From the sequence record KT919972.1: a DNA stretch of 64,000 bases. One strand, written 5' to 3'. The translations under genes were made by a program, and so were the position numbers. Position 1 is the stretch's first letter; each line of letters opens with the position of its first letter. Shown here one piece after another: positions 37,960 through 44,314 of this stretch. Under the pieces are notes generated by a model, which made no database searches, was not told the origin of the DNA, and saw only the letters and a program-made list of their open reading frames with translations.

Positions 37960-37971
37960 ATAAATGTACTT

Positions 37972-38048
37972 TGGGGTGACAGACGGGGATCGAACCCGCA
38001 TCTTCCGGAATCACAACCCGGGGGTATTTCCACTTCACCCACTGCCAC
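37972..38048 (-). tRNA. tRNA-His(GTG)
   Basis: loop TT-GTG-AT, C73, CCA; the encoded -1 base is T rather than G. Confidence 0.88.
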
Positions 38049-38174
38049 ACCAAAGTACACTTAAAAGTTTGCATTATGTCTTGGAGAAATAGATAAATCT
38101 ACTAGCAACACCGCCGTCGCTACCTGCAATACTTTGGGATGTTTACGACATCAAACGAATGCGCTTCCTGTGCA

Positions 38175-38414
38175 TTAATCAGTTTTCTTTAAGTAGATTC
38201 TATCAGGCGATAGTTCTCTTGTAAACATGTTTTTGAAATAAATTTCGATATCTGCTTCAGTCGTTGAAGACTCAATTTCAAGAGCACGCTCAAGAATCTT
38301 GTTACGCTTAAACCCAGCGCGCCAACAGTCAAACATAAGTCTGTCCATGCGTTGAAGCTTTTCAATTTGATTCGGGTTTACGTATTCGTGAGTTTCAAGT
38401 AATACAGGAGTCAT
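38175..38414 (-). CDS. hypothetical protein
   Basis: 79 aa, GAG SD. Confidence 0.7.
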   Translation of the reverse strand: MTPVLLETHEYVNPNQIEKLQRMDRLMFDCWRAGFKRNKILERALEIESSTTEADIEIYFKNMFTRELSPDRIYLKKTD

Positions 38415-38439
38415 AATTTATTTCTCATCATATAAAGAA

Positions 38440-38513
38440 TGGTAGTCCCTAGTGGAATCGAGCCACTTCTTTCTCTGTGTAAAAGAGACGTACTGCCATT
38501 ATACTAAGGGACC
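38440..38513 (-). tRNA. tRNA-Val(TAC)
   Basis: TCTCT-TTTACAC-AGAGA; T loop CTCGA variant; CCA. Confidence 0.88.
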
Positions 38514-38519
38514 AAAATT

Positions 38520-38593
38520 TGGAGCGGGTACACGGACTCGAACCGAGACGAACGACTTGGAAGGACGTCATGCTACCATTACATCATACCCGC
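38520..38593 (-). tRNA. tRNA-Gly(TCC)
   Basis: loop CT-TCC-AA, GCG acceptor, U73, CCA. Confidence 0.9.
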
Positions 38594-38782
38594 ATTGTTA
38601 ATCTGAAGCGTCGAACAAATCACGTATTGCACGTAAATTCGTAAGCTCTACAGTAAGTGTTCTAATATAGAACGGGTTGGTCTCATTCGCGAGACATTTT
38701 TCAACATATCGAATTTTATCGCGTATGTTGCCCTTGCTTAGTGTAAAGTAGTCATGCTTCGTAACCTCTTTGTTTTTGAATT

Positions 38783-38858
38783 TGGAGGTGACACCGATAC
38801 TCGAAATCGGATCTTACGCCGTATGAAAGCGTTGCTCTGCCACTTGAGCTACATCACC
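38783..38858 (-). tRNA. tRNA with CAT anticodon (Met or Ile2)
   Basis: ACGCT-TTCATAC-GGCGT, CCA; identity ambiguous. Confidence 0.8.
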
Positions 38859-39091
38859 AATTGCAGTAATTAACTCATTTAATCGCACACTGGCTGACAC
38901 CATATATTCATGGTCTGAGTGAGGAACCACATAGTGGGTACTGTTACCTCTGCTTAGTTTTGATTGTTTTACATGACGATAACTAGAAACGTTCATAATA
39001 ATGCCACGCGATACATCCTATATCGCTACTAACATCTAAGTTAGCGTATCTTGCCTTTCGGCTGTAGTGTCGTTTCCGACGAATTAAGTAC

Positions 39092-39319
39092 AGACAATAC
39101 CGAAGTGTTTTTTCGTCTTTTGCATAAATCGGAGTTGACTAGCTTATTGTTTCTCAACAAGCAAATATCGTCTGTTTCAGCGACGCGCCTATCTGACTAT
39201 TTCTAGACAGAGAGAATCTTTCCTTTCAAGCTGCGCCTAAGCAAGCTCAGGTTAAAATCAGCCCAGGTTAAGATCATCACTTCTTTTAAGTAATTTCAAT
39301 TGTTTGCTGTATATTGTCT
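39092..39319 (-). ncRNA. structured ncRNA B (228 nt, helix+ACAGCAA family)
   Basis: ends pair (AGACAATA/TATTGTCT); ACAGCAA follows the 5' strand; 3' block shared with ncRNA A. Confidence 0.65.
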
Positions 39320-39382
39320 CTCTCACCATGCTCGTGATATGCCGAAGCAAAGTATCATTTGTCGCATGATAAGAGCTTAATA

Positions 39383-39458
39383 TGGCACGCCGTATGAGAT
39401 TCGAACTCATAACCCCATCCTTAGAAGGGACGTGCTCTTCCAATTGAGCTAACAGCGC
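39383..39458 (-). tRNA. tRNA-Arg(TCT)
   Basis: loop CT-TCT-AA, CCA. Confidence 0.92.
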
Positions 39459-39532
39459 ATTGAAAAGATTCGAACCATGAACTAGTGTAGACGATGGTAG
39501 TAAAGAGAGTCTACGCTCATGTGTTCGAAATT

Positions 39533-39607
39533 TGGTGGACACGCAGGGAGTCGAACCCTATCTTCCTCATTGCAAGTGAGGCGCTTTCCCAATTAAGCTA
39601 ACGGCCC
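39533..39607 (-). tRNA. tRNA-Ala(TGC)
   Basis: CCTCA-CTTGCAA-TGAGG, G3:U70; irregular lower acceptor stem. Confidence 0.82.
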
Positions 39608-39615
39608 ATATTTTT

Positions 39616-39828
39616 TTACAACTGTGTGATTGAAATATATTCCCAACCGTATAAACCTTCAAGTTCTTCAATCGGCTCACCAACAATGTCAGAAATATAT
39701 TCAGCAACTTTTGCTTCAACTTCTTCATTAGATAATTCTTCACTAACGGAAAAAACATCTTCGTTATTGTTGCCACCGAAATCCCCACCAATGTCATATT
39801 CACACCATACAGAAATATATACCATTAC
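39616..39828 (-). CDS. small acidic hypothetical protein
   Basis: ORF between a tRNA and a late gene. Confidence 0.6.
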   Translation of the reverse strand, partial: VMVYISVWCEYDIGGDFGGNNNEDVFSVSEELSNEEVEAKVAEYISDIVGEPIEELEGLYGWEYISITQL

Positions 39829-39840
39829 AATCACCAATTT

Positions 39841-40116
39841 TTACATATATTCAATAATATCAAAGTTGCCATGAAGCATGAAATTAGTTGCTTCTTGATC
39901 AAGCTCTGAGAAGAACTTTCGTACTTTATCTCGTGTAGAAAGCTTCAATTCACCGTTCGAATCAAGCTTCATACCTATTGACGATACGAAATCAGCAAAT
40001 GCAGCAGCGTCTTTACTGTCAGCGTATACATACGGAATCTTACCGTCATGAGTGTCTACGCCAGACCCACGATGCTTTGCTTCGTTAAGATATTCAGAAA
40101 ATGTTTTAATAGACAT
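39841..40116 (-). CDS. late protein with a capsid-targeting-like N-terminus
   Basis: MSIKTFSEYLNEA; GAGG SD; TATAAATA at 40147-40154. Confidence 0.8.
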   Translation of the reverse strand: MSIKTFSEYLNEAKHRGSGVDTHDGKIPYVYADSKDAAAFADFVSSIGMKLDSNGELKLSTRDKVRKFFSELDQEATNFMLHGNFDIIEYM

Positions 40117-40179
40117 GTTATTACCTCTAAAATGTAGTTACATGACTATTTATATCATGATAACACTTTCTAATCAATA

Positions 40180-40254
40180 TGGTGCTCCCGTTCGGAATCG
40201 AACCGAATTCTGCGGTTTACAAGACCGCTGCATCGCCATCAATGCTTCAGGAGC
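40180..40254 (-). tRNA. tRNA-Thr(TGT)
   Basis: GCGGT-CTTGTAA-ACCGC, CCA. Confidence 0.93.
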
Positions 40255-40260
40255 GTAACT

Positions 40261-40375
40261 GAGTGTTATTACTAGCGTCGTCCAGACCAGTGATACCGAC
40301 ACTGAAGAGGAATCGAACCTCGAACTTTTCTTTTCATCAGAAGAATATTAGTAAATTGTTTGCTGAAAACACTCT
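40261..40375 (-). ncRNA. circularly permuted tRNA-mimic (YrlA-like) RNA
   Basis: closing GAGTGTT/AACACTC + TCAGCAA; then T arm GAGG-TTCGATT-CCTC, looped acceptor-like stem CAGTG/CACTG, GG-containing D-like hairpin. Confidence 0.65.
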
Positions 40376-40383
40376 ATGGTATT

Positions 40384-40457
40384 TGGCTGGGGATAACAGA
40401 TTCGAACTGATACCAACGCATTCAAAGTACGTTATGCTGCCTTTACACCAATCCCCA
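40384..40457 (-). tRNA. tRNA-Gln(TTG)
   Basis: T1-A72, loop CT-TTG-AA, G73, CCA. Confidence 0.92.
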
Positions 40458-40476
40458 ATTGTTCTTAAATTATCTT

Positions 40477-40552
40477 TGGCGGAACCGACGGGTTTCGAAC
40501 CCGCTACCTTCTCCGTGACAGGGAGACATGCAACCTTTTACACCTCGGCTCC
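40477..40552 (-). tRNA. tRNA-Asp(GTC)
   Basis: TCTCC-CTGTCAC-GGAGA, G73, CCA. Confidence 0.93.
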
Positions 40553-40621
40553 CCAAAGACAACTTAAATTAGTTGCTTTGTTTTTTCAAGTTCACACTTA
40601 ACGGTAGTGACTCTCCGAATT

Positions 40622-40697
40622 TGGCGCTTCATGTTGGACTCGAACCAACGACTCTCTGATTAACAGTCAGACACTCTACCAACTGAGTTAATGAAGC
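40622..40697 (-). tRNA. tRNA-Asn(GTT)
   Basis: TCTGA-CTGTTAA-TCAGA, G73, CCA. Confidence 0.93.
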
Positions 40698-40698
40698 G

Positions 40699-40773
40699 TG
40701 GCGGGCGTGGAGAATTTCGAAATCTCGACTTGCAAGTTAACAGCTTGCTACTCTGCCTCTGAGTTACACACCC
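40699..40773 (-). tRNA. tRNA-Asn(GTT), second copy
   Basis: GCAAG-CTGTTAA-CTTGC, G73, CCA. Confidence 0.88.
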
Positions 40774-40785
40774 TTGAATTTAAAC

Positions 40786-40843
40786 AGTAATCCTTTTTGC
40801 TTTTTCCAAATAAAAGTTTTGTATTGTTTGCTGTAAGATTACT
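40786..40843 (-). ncRNA. minimal helix+ACAGCAA RNA (58 nt)
   Basis: AGTAATCT/GGATTACT closing helix, TACAGCAA, internal CTTTT-ATTTGGA-AAAAG hairpin. Confidence 0.55.
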
Positions 40844-40848
40844 TAAAC

Positions 40849-40922
40849 TGGCAGGGGCATAGAGATTCGAACTCTAACGAACGGGTTTGGAATCCGTCAT
40901 GCTGCCTTTACATCATGCCCCT
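40849..40922 (-). tRNA. tRNA-Trp(CCA)
   Basis: loop TT-CCA-AA, G73, CCA. Confidence 0.9.
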
Positions 40923-40928
40923 AAAATT

Positions 40929-41002
40929 TGGTAGTCCCTAAGAGAATCGAACTCTTACCAAGCGATTATCGGTCGCACGCTCTACCGTTGAGCTAAGGGA
41001 CT
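40929..41002 (-). tRNA. tRNA-Ile(GAT)
   Basis: loop CC-GAT-AA, CCA. Confidence 0.9.
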
Positions 41003-41065
41003 AAAGTGTGCGCATTTCAGCGCACTGTTAATCGGTTAAGTGACTAAACTTCCCGGTTAACTAAT

Positions 41066-41164
41066 TGGCGGAAGACTAGGGATTCGAACCCTAACATCAC
41101 CTCCCGGTGACCGACGGTTTTCAAGACCGTTGCCGCTACCCAGAATCTTTCGGCTAAGCCTTCC
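41066..41164 (-). tRNA. tRNA-Ser(TGA), enlarged D loop
   Basis: ACGGT-CTTGAAA-ACCGT, long variable arm, 99 nt, CCA. Confidence 0.9.
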
Positions 41165-41171
41165 ATTAATT

Positions 41172-41248
41172 TGGTTGCGTGGGGCTGGATTCGAACCAAC
41201 GACCTTGAGCTTATGAAACTCACGAGCTGACCACTGCTCTACCCCGCA
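41172..41248 (-). tRNA. tRNA-Met(CAT), initiator-like body
   Basis: (T)GCGGGG-TA-GAGC..., loop TT-CAT-AA, ACCA; one extra base in the acceptor 3' strand, and the GGG/CCC anticodon-stem triplet is absent. Confidence 0.8.
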
Positions 41249-41258
41249 ATTATTCAAC

Positions 41259-41345
41259 AGCTTGCGTTCTTTGGTCTGTTTATCGCTGTCTGAACTGAGT
41301 TCGTCGAGTGATCAATAGATTAAGTTGAATTGCAGTATGCAAGCT
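41259..41345 (-). ncRNA. small helix+ACTGCAA RNA (87 nt)
   Basis: AGCTTGC/GCAAGCT closing helix followed by AT-ACTGCAA. Confidence 0.55.
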
Positions 41346-41350
41346 AAAAC

Positions 41351-41436
41351 TGGTGGAGCGTAGAGGAATCGAACCTCTCTACCCGTTAAGGGTCAGGGAT
41401 TTACAGTCCCCTGTCTCACCTTGAGACGTACGCTCC
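41351..41436 (-). tRNA. tRNA-Tyr(GTA)
   Basis: loop CT-GTA-AA, long variable arm, CCA. Confidence 0.93.
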
Positions 41437-41442
41437 AGAATT

Positions 41443-41517
41443 TGGTTCTCCCGACGAGATTCGAACTCGCGCACTTCACCTTGAAAGGGTGATGACCTAC
41501 CGTTAGTCCACGGGAGA
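41443..41517 (-). tRNA. tRNA-Glu(TTC)
   Basis: TCACC-CTTTCAA-GGTGA, CCA. Confidence 0.92.
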
Positions 41518-41580
41518 ATTAAATTGTATATTGATTTGCAAGCTAATCAACTCGCAAAGCGATACACAATGTATCTAATT

Positions 41581-41657
41581 TGGTACGCCGCCCTGGACTC
41601 GAACCAGACACCTGAGAGTTAAAAGCTCCCTGCTCTTCCATGATGAGCTACCGACGC
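41581..41657 (-). tRNA. tRNA-Lys(TTT)
   Basis: GGGAG-CTTTTAA-CTCTC, CCA. Confidence 0.92.
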
Positions 41658-41668
41658 ATTATAAAATC

Positions 41669-41742
41669 TGGTGGGTCCACAGAGATTCGAACTCTAACTG
41701 AGGGATTAAAAGTCCCATATGCTACCGTTACATCATAGACCC
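41669..41742 (-). tRNA. tRNA-Lys(TTT), second copy
   Basis: loop CT-TTT-AA, different body, CCA. Confidence 0.9.
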
Positions 41743-41748
41743 AGAATG

Positions 41749-41823
41749 TGGTGCACCCCCTCGGAATCGAACCGAGCACTGCGGGACTTCAATCCGCCGC
41801 TTTTCCTGATAAGCTAAGGGTGC
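41749..41823 (-). tRNA. tRNA-Phe(GAA)
   Basis: loop TT-GAA-GT (G37), CCA. Confidence 0.88.
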
Positions 41824-41824
41824 A

Positions 41825-41902
41825 TGGTACGCAAGAAGAGATTCGAACTCTTAACTTCTGGTTTCTAAGACCAGTGCCTCTGCCAGATTGGGCTACTTGC
41901 GC
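41825..41902 (-). tRNA. tRNA-Leu(TAG), short variable loop
   Basis: CTGGT-CTTAGAA-ACCAG, CCA. Confidence 0.92.
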
Positions 41903-42111
41903 ATTAATTCGTTTTCATCGATTACGGAAATTTCTATTGATGACGGAATAACAATTGAGTTAGTAATTCCCGCTTCTTTCAATAAATCGACTAAATTTTG
42001 TATATACTGATTAGCTTTCGATGCTGGTAAATCACCGACATCAACTCTAAACACTACACGTTCGTTTTCTTTCAGTGTCAATTTTGACACATCTTTAATT
42101 ATGTCATTCAT
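41893..42111 (-). CDS. small protein resembling a segment of the T4-type portal (gp20)
   Basis: RVVFRVDVGDLPASKANQYIQNL; AGAAG SD; downstream of tandem early promoters; stop overlaps the tRNA-Leu 5' end. Confidence 0.65.
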   Translation of the reverse strand: MNDIIKDVSKLTLKENERVVFRVDVGDLPASKANQYIQNLVDLLKEAGITNSIVIPSSIEISVIDENELMRK

Positions 42112-42115
42112 GTTC

Positions 42116-42244
42116 TTCTCTATTGTACATGATGTTTATATCGTTGTAAACATCTTTTTGAAAAAACTTTTCATTCAGCTTTGAATGATATTTCGCTTTT
42201 CTCTATTGTACATGATGTTTTCGTCATTGTAAACATCTTTTTTG
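42116..42244 (-). promoter_or_regulatory. two tandem T4-type early promoters (direct repeat)
   Basis: AAAAAGATGTTTACAA...CATCATGTACAATAGAGAA occurs at about 42116-42160 and 42199-42244. Confidence 0.8.
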
Positions 42245-42448
42245 AATTTATTTTGAAGAACTTAACGTTTTCATTTTCTATGTGTTAATATTAACACTCG
42301 CTCAAGACATCATAAACACTAATTTATGAAAAGTTCGCTAAATTCTATCATCTCGACAGTACTTAACGAGATACGGTCCTAAGCGTATCAATTCGTAGAA
42401 GCAGTTTCGGGAATGTGCGAAAGCGAGCTTCAATCAAACAACACTAAC

Positions 42449-42524
42449 TGGCACCCAATACAAGATTCGAACTTGTAACCTTCGCCTTCGTAGGGCGCTG
42501 CTCTTCCAATTGAGCTAATCGGGC
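42449..42524 (-). tRNA. tRNA-Arg(ACG)
   Basis: loop CT-ACG-AA, CCA. Confidence 0.92.
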
Positions 42525-42532
42525 ATTAAAAC

Positions 42533-42609
42533 TGGTCCGTGACAAGCGATTCGAACGCTTAACTTCTCCGCCCCAAACGGAGTACTCTACCAGATTGAGC
42601 TAGTCACGG
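42533..42609 (-). tRNA. tRNA-Pro(TGG)
   Basis: CTCCG-TTTGGGG-CGGAG, C1-G72, A73, CCA. Confidence 0.93.
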
Positions 42610-42618
42610 ATTTTAAAT

Positions 42619-42692
42619 TGGTCGGGACGAAGAGACTCGAACTCTTACCACATGCTCCCAAAGCATGAACGCTACCTTTACGCCACGTCCCG
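42619..42692 (-). tRNA. tRNA-Pro(TGG), second copy
   Basis: CATGC-TTTGGGA-GCATG, C1-G72, A73, CCA. Confidence 0.92.
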
Positions 42693-42769
42693 TTTGTTCT
42701 TTAACTTTGTTTATCATACTCTGTAATCAAAGTACGTTAAACAAAATTTCTTAACTTTCTTACGCCCAT

Positions 42770-42793
42770 AAAAAAAGGACGCTATTTGCGTCC
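42770..42793 (-). terminator. Rho-independent terminator
   Basis: - strand: AGGACGC-AAATA-GCGTCCTTTTTTT. Confidence 0.8.
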
Positions 42794-43064
42794 TCAAGTA
42801 TACTTCTATGTTATACTATCGGACTACAAGAGGGTATCCCACTTCTGGTTCGCAATCGGATTCGCTAGATACACGAATTCTGAGCGCAGAAAATCGCTGC
42901 GTAATGTCTCAGATGAATGTGTAAACGAATGCGTCATTGAATGCTCTCTTGAAATAAAAATTAAAATTTGTTTTGTTTCTTTATAGTACTTATAACACTA
43001 AATCTGACGATTTGCGGTATTTTCGCAGAAAATTGAAAAAAAATTTCAACTTTCTGCGATTTTA

Positions 43065-43301
43065 TTAACCTAAGTGTTTTCGCTTGTTCATTTCAACAAG
43101 AATTTCGTCGTTATAGTGCTTATTAAGCTCAACGAATTTCTTGTGTTGATCTGAAGTCAATTCGTTTGTATCGTTCAGATGCTTCAAAAAACCAAGAGGC
43201 TTACGAAACGACTTGCGATATTCATTTAGACGCTCATCTGTTAGATTGCGCAATTGTTTCGGAGTCAGTAACGTTTTGTTGATATTAAATGTTCCGCTCA
43301 T
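43065..43301 (-). CDS. hypothetical protein
   Basis: GAGG SD before MSGTFNINK. Confidence 0.7.
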   Translation of the reverse strand: MSGTFNINKTLLTPKQLRNLTDERLNEYRKSFRKPLGFLKHLNDTNELTSDQHKKFVELNKHYNDEILVEMNKRKHLG

Positions 43302-43327
43302 GTTATACCTCACTAGTTTATCAAAAA

Positions 43328-43443
43328 TGGTAGTCGGGGCTGGATTCGAACCAGCGACCACGTGCTTAACAGGCAATTGAAGGAGTGCTGGAGCGATACT
43401 TGTCAGTATCATTCTTCGTGCTCTACCACTGAGCTACCCGACT
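43328..43443 (-). ncRNA. tRNA-Asn(GTT) body with a 41-nt structured insertion at position 28/29
   Basis: removing 43376-43416 gives a regular 75-nt cloverleaf with CGTGC-CTGTTAA-GCACG and CCA. Confidence 0.8.
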
Positions 43444-43448
43444 ATAAA

Positions 43449-43745
43449 TTATTTGTCTTGCAATTGAGTGTAGTCACCTTTCATGAACGCATCCATGAAT
43501 TCACGTGTACTACTAAACTCTTTGAAATCACGCGGGCCATCATATTTCGTAATATAACGAACTTTCCCATCTCTAACCGTGATTTTACCATGACCCCAAT
43601 TCACAGAATCAGTTTTCTTACTAATTTGAACTTGCTTCTTCTGCAACCTGCGAACAAGTTCTTCTAAAAATCTACTGTCATCAGCAGCGCCAGATTGAAA
43701 TCCGCCGCCACCAAATTCAATTAGGAATTCACCAAACGTTTTCAT
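43449..43745 (-). CDS. late protein with a capsid-targeting-like N-terminus
   Basis: MKTFGEFLIE; GAGG SD; CATAAATA at about 43774-43781. Confidence 0.8.
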   Translation of the reverse strand: MKTFGEFLIEFGGGGFQSGAADDSRFLEELVRRLQKKQVQISKKTDSVNWGHGKITVRDGKVRYITKYDGPRDFKEFSSTREFMDAFMKGDYTQLQDK

Positions 43746-43776
43746 ACTTCTTCCTCTAAACTCTAAAAGAAAGTAT

Positions 43777-44301
43777 TTATGATTTCGTTTTGAACTTCAA
43801 ATTTCGATATTCAAAGTTTCGTTTGTCTTTTTTATTGTAATACGTATCCCAATCAATAGAAACAGGACAGTTCTTACTACCCACACGAGATAAGAAAACG
43901 TCGTGAGTGTCTTTGTAAGCTTCTCTGAGAGACTTTACTTGTTTCTCATGATGAGTTATGTACTCAGCACACGCTTTGTTGTACTCAGCTTTAGAGAAGC
44001 GATCATCGCCCGTGAAATTACCGTTTAGATACGGTCGAATAACACGAACACGTTCTTTAGACCATCCCATACTAAAACTATTTTCAATTCGACCGATGAT
44101 TTCACCAGTCTTTTTACATCGTGCAAGAATAACCCAGCAACGCTCTCTTCGAAAGTCTTTTCGAGTGAATACATTGATGTACTTATCAACATACTCTTGA
44201 TAGCGTTCGTTATATATTTTACGAAGTCTGCTACGTTCTTCAATCGTCATAGCAGCACGTTCTTCTTTAGAGAACGCTTCAACGAACTTCAATGGTTTCA
44301 T
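43777..44301 (-). CDS. hypothetical basic protein
   Basis: GAGG SD before MKPLKF. Confidence 0.75.
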   Translation of the reverse strand: MKPLKFVEAFSKEERAAMTIEERSRLRKIYNERYQEYVDKYINVFTRKDFRRERCWVILARCKKTGEIIGRIENSFSMGWSKERVRVIRPYLNGNFTGDDRFSKAEYNKACAEYITHHEKQVKSLREAYKDTHDVFLSRVGSKNCPVSIDWDTYYNKKDKRNFEYRNLKFKTKS

Positions 44302-44314
44302 TATAATTTCCTCT

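Noticed and set aside
38598-38765. Open frame of about 55 codons (..KHDYFTLSKGNIRDK..DASD*) between tRNA-Gly and the CAT tRNA
   Set aside because: The only SD-linked ATG is in another frame and stops after 5 codons. It could be a frameshifted remnant, but there is no homology evidence.
38859-38885. ACTGCAA after a weak AT-only hairpin just upstream of the CAT tRNA
   Set aside because: The helix is only 5 A-T pairs and is plausible by chance, so it is not counted as a family member.
39460-39530. Long imperfect hairpin containing GGTTCGAATC between tRNA-Ala and tRNA-Arg
   Set aside because: No acceptor/T-arm geometry or family motif. Possibly a tRNA remnant or processing stem, but too little to call.
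42893-42910. GAGACATTACGCAGCGAT, a look-alike of the AGACATT..CAGCAA module
   Set aside because: No complementary AATGTC strand nearby and the motif is degenerate (GCAGCGA). It may instead lie in a 37-codon ORF that I also could not support.
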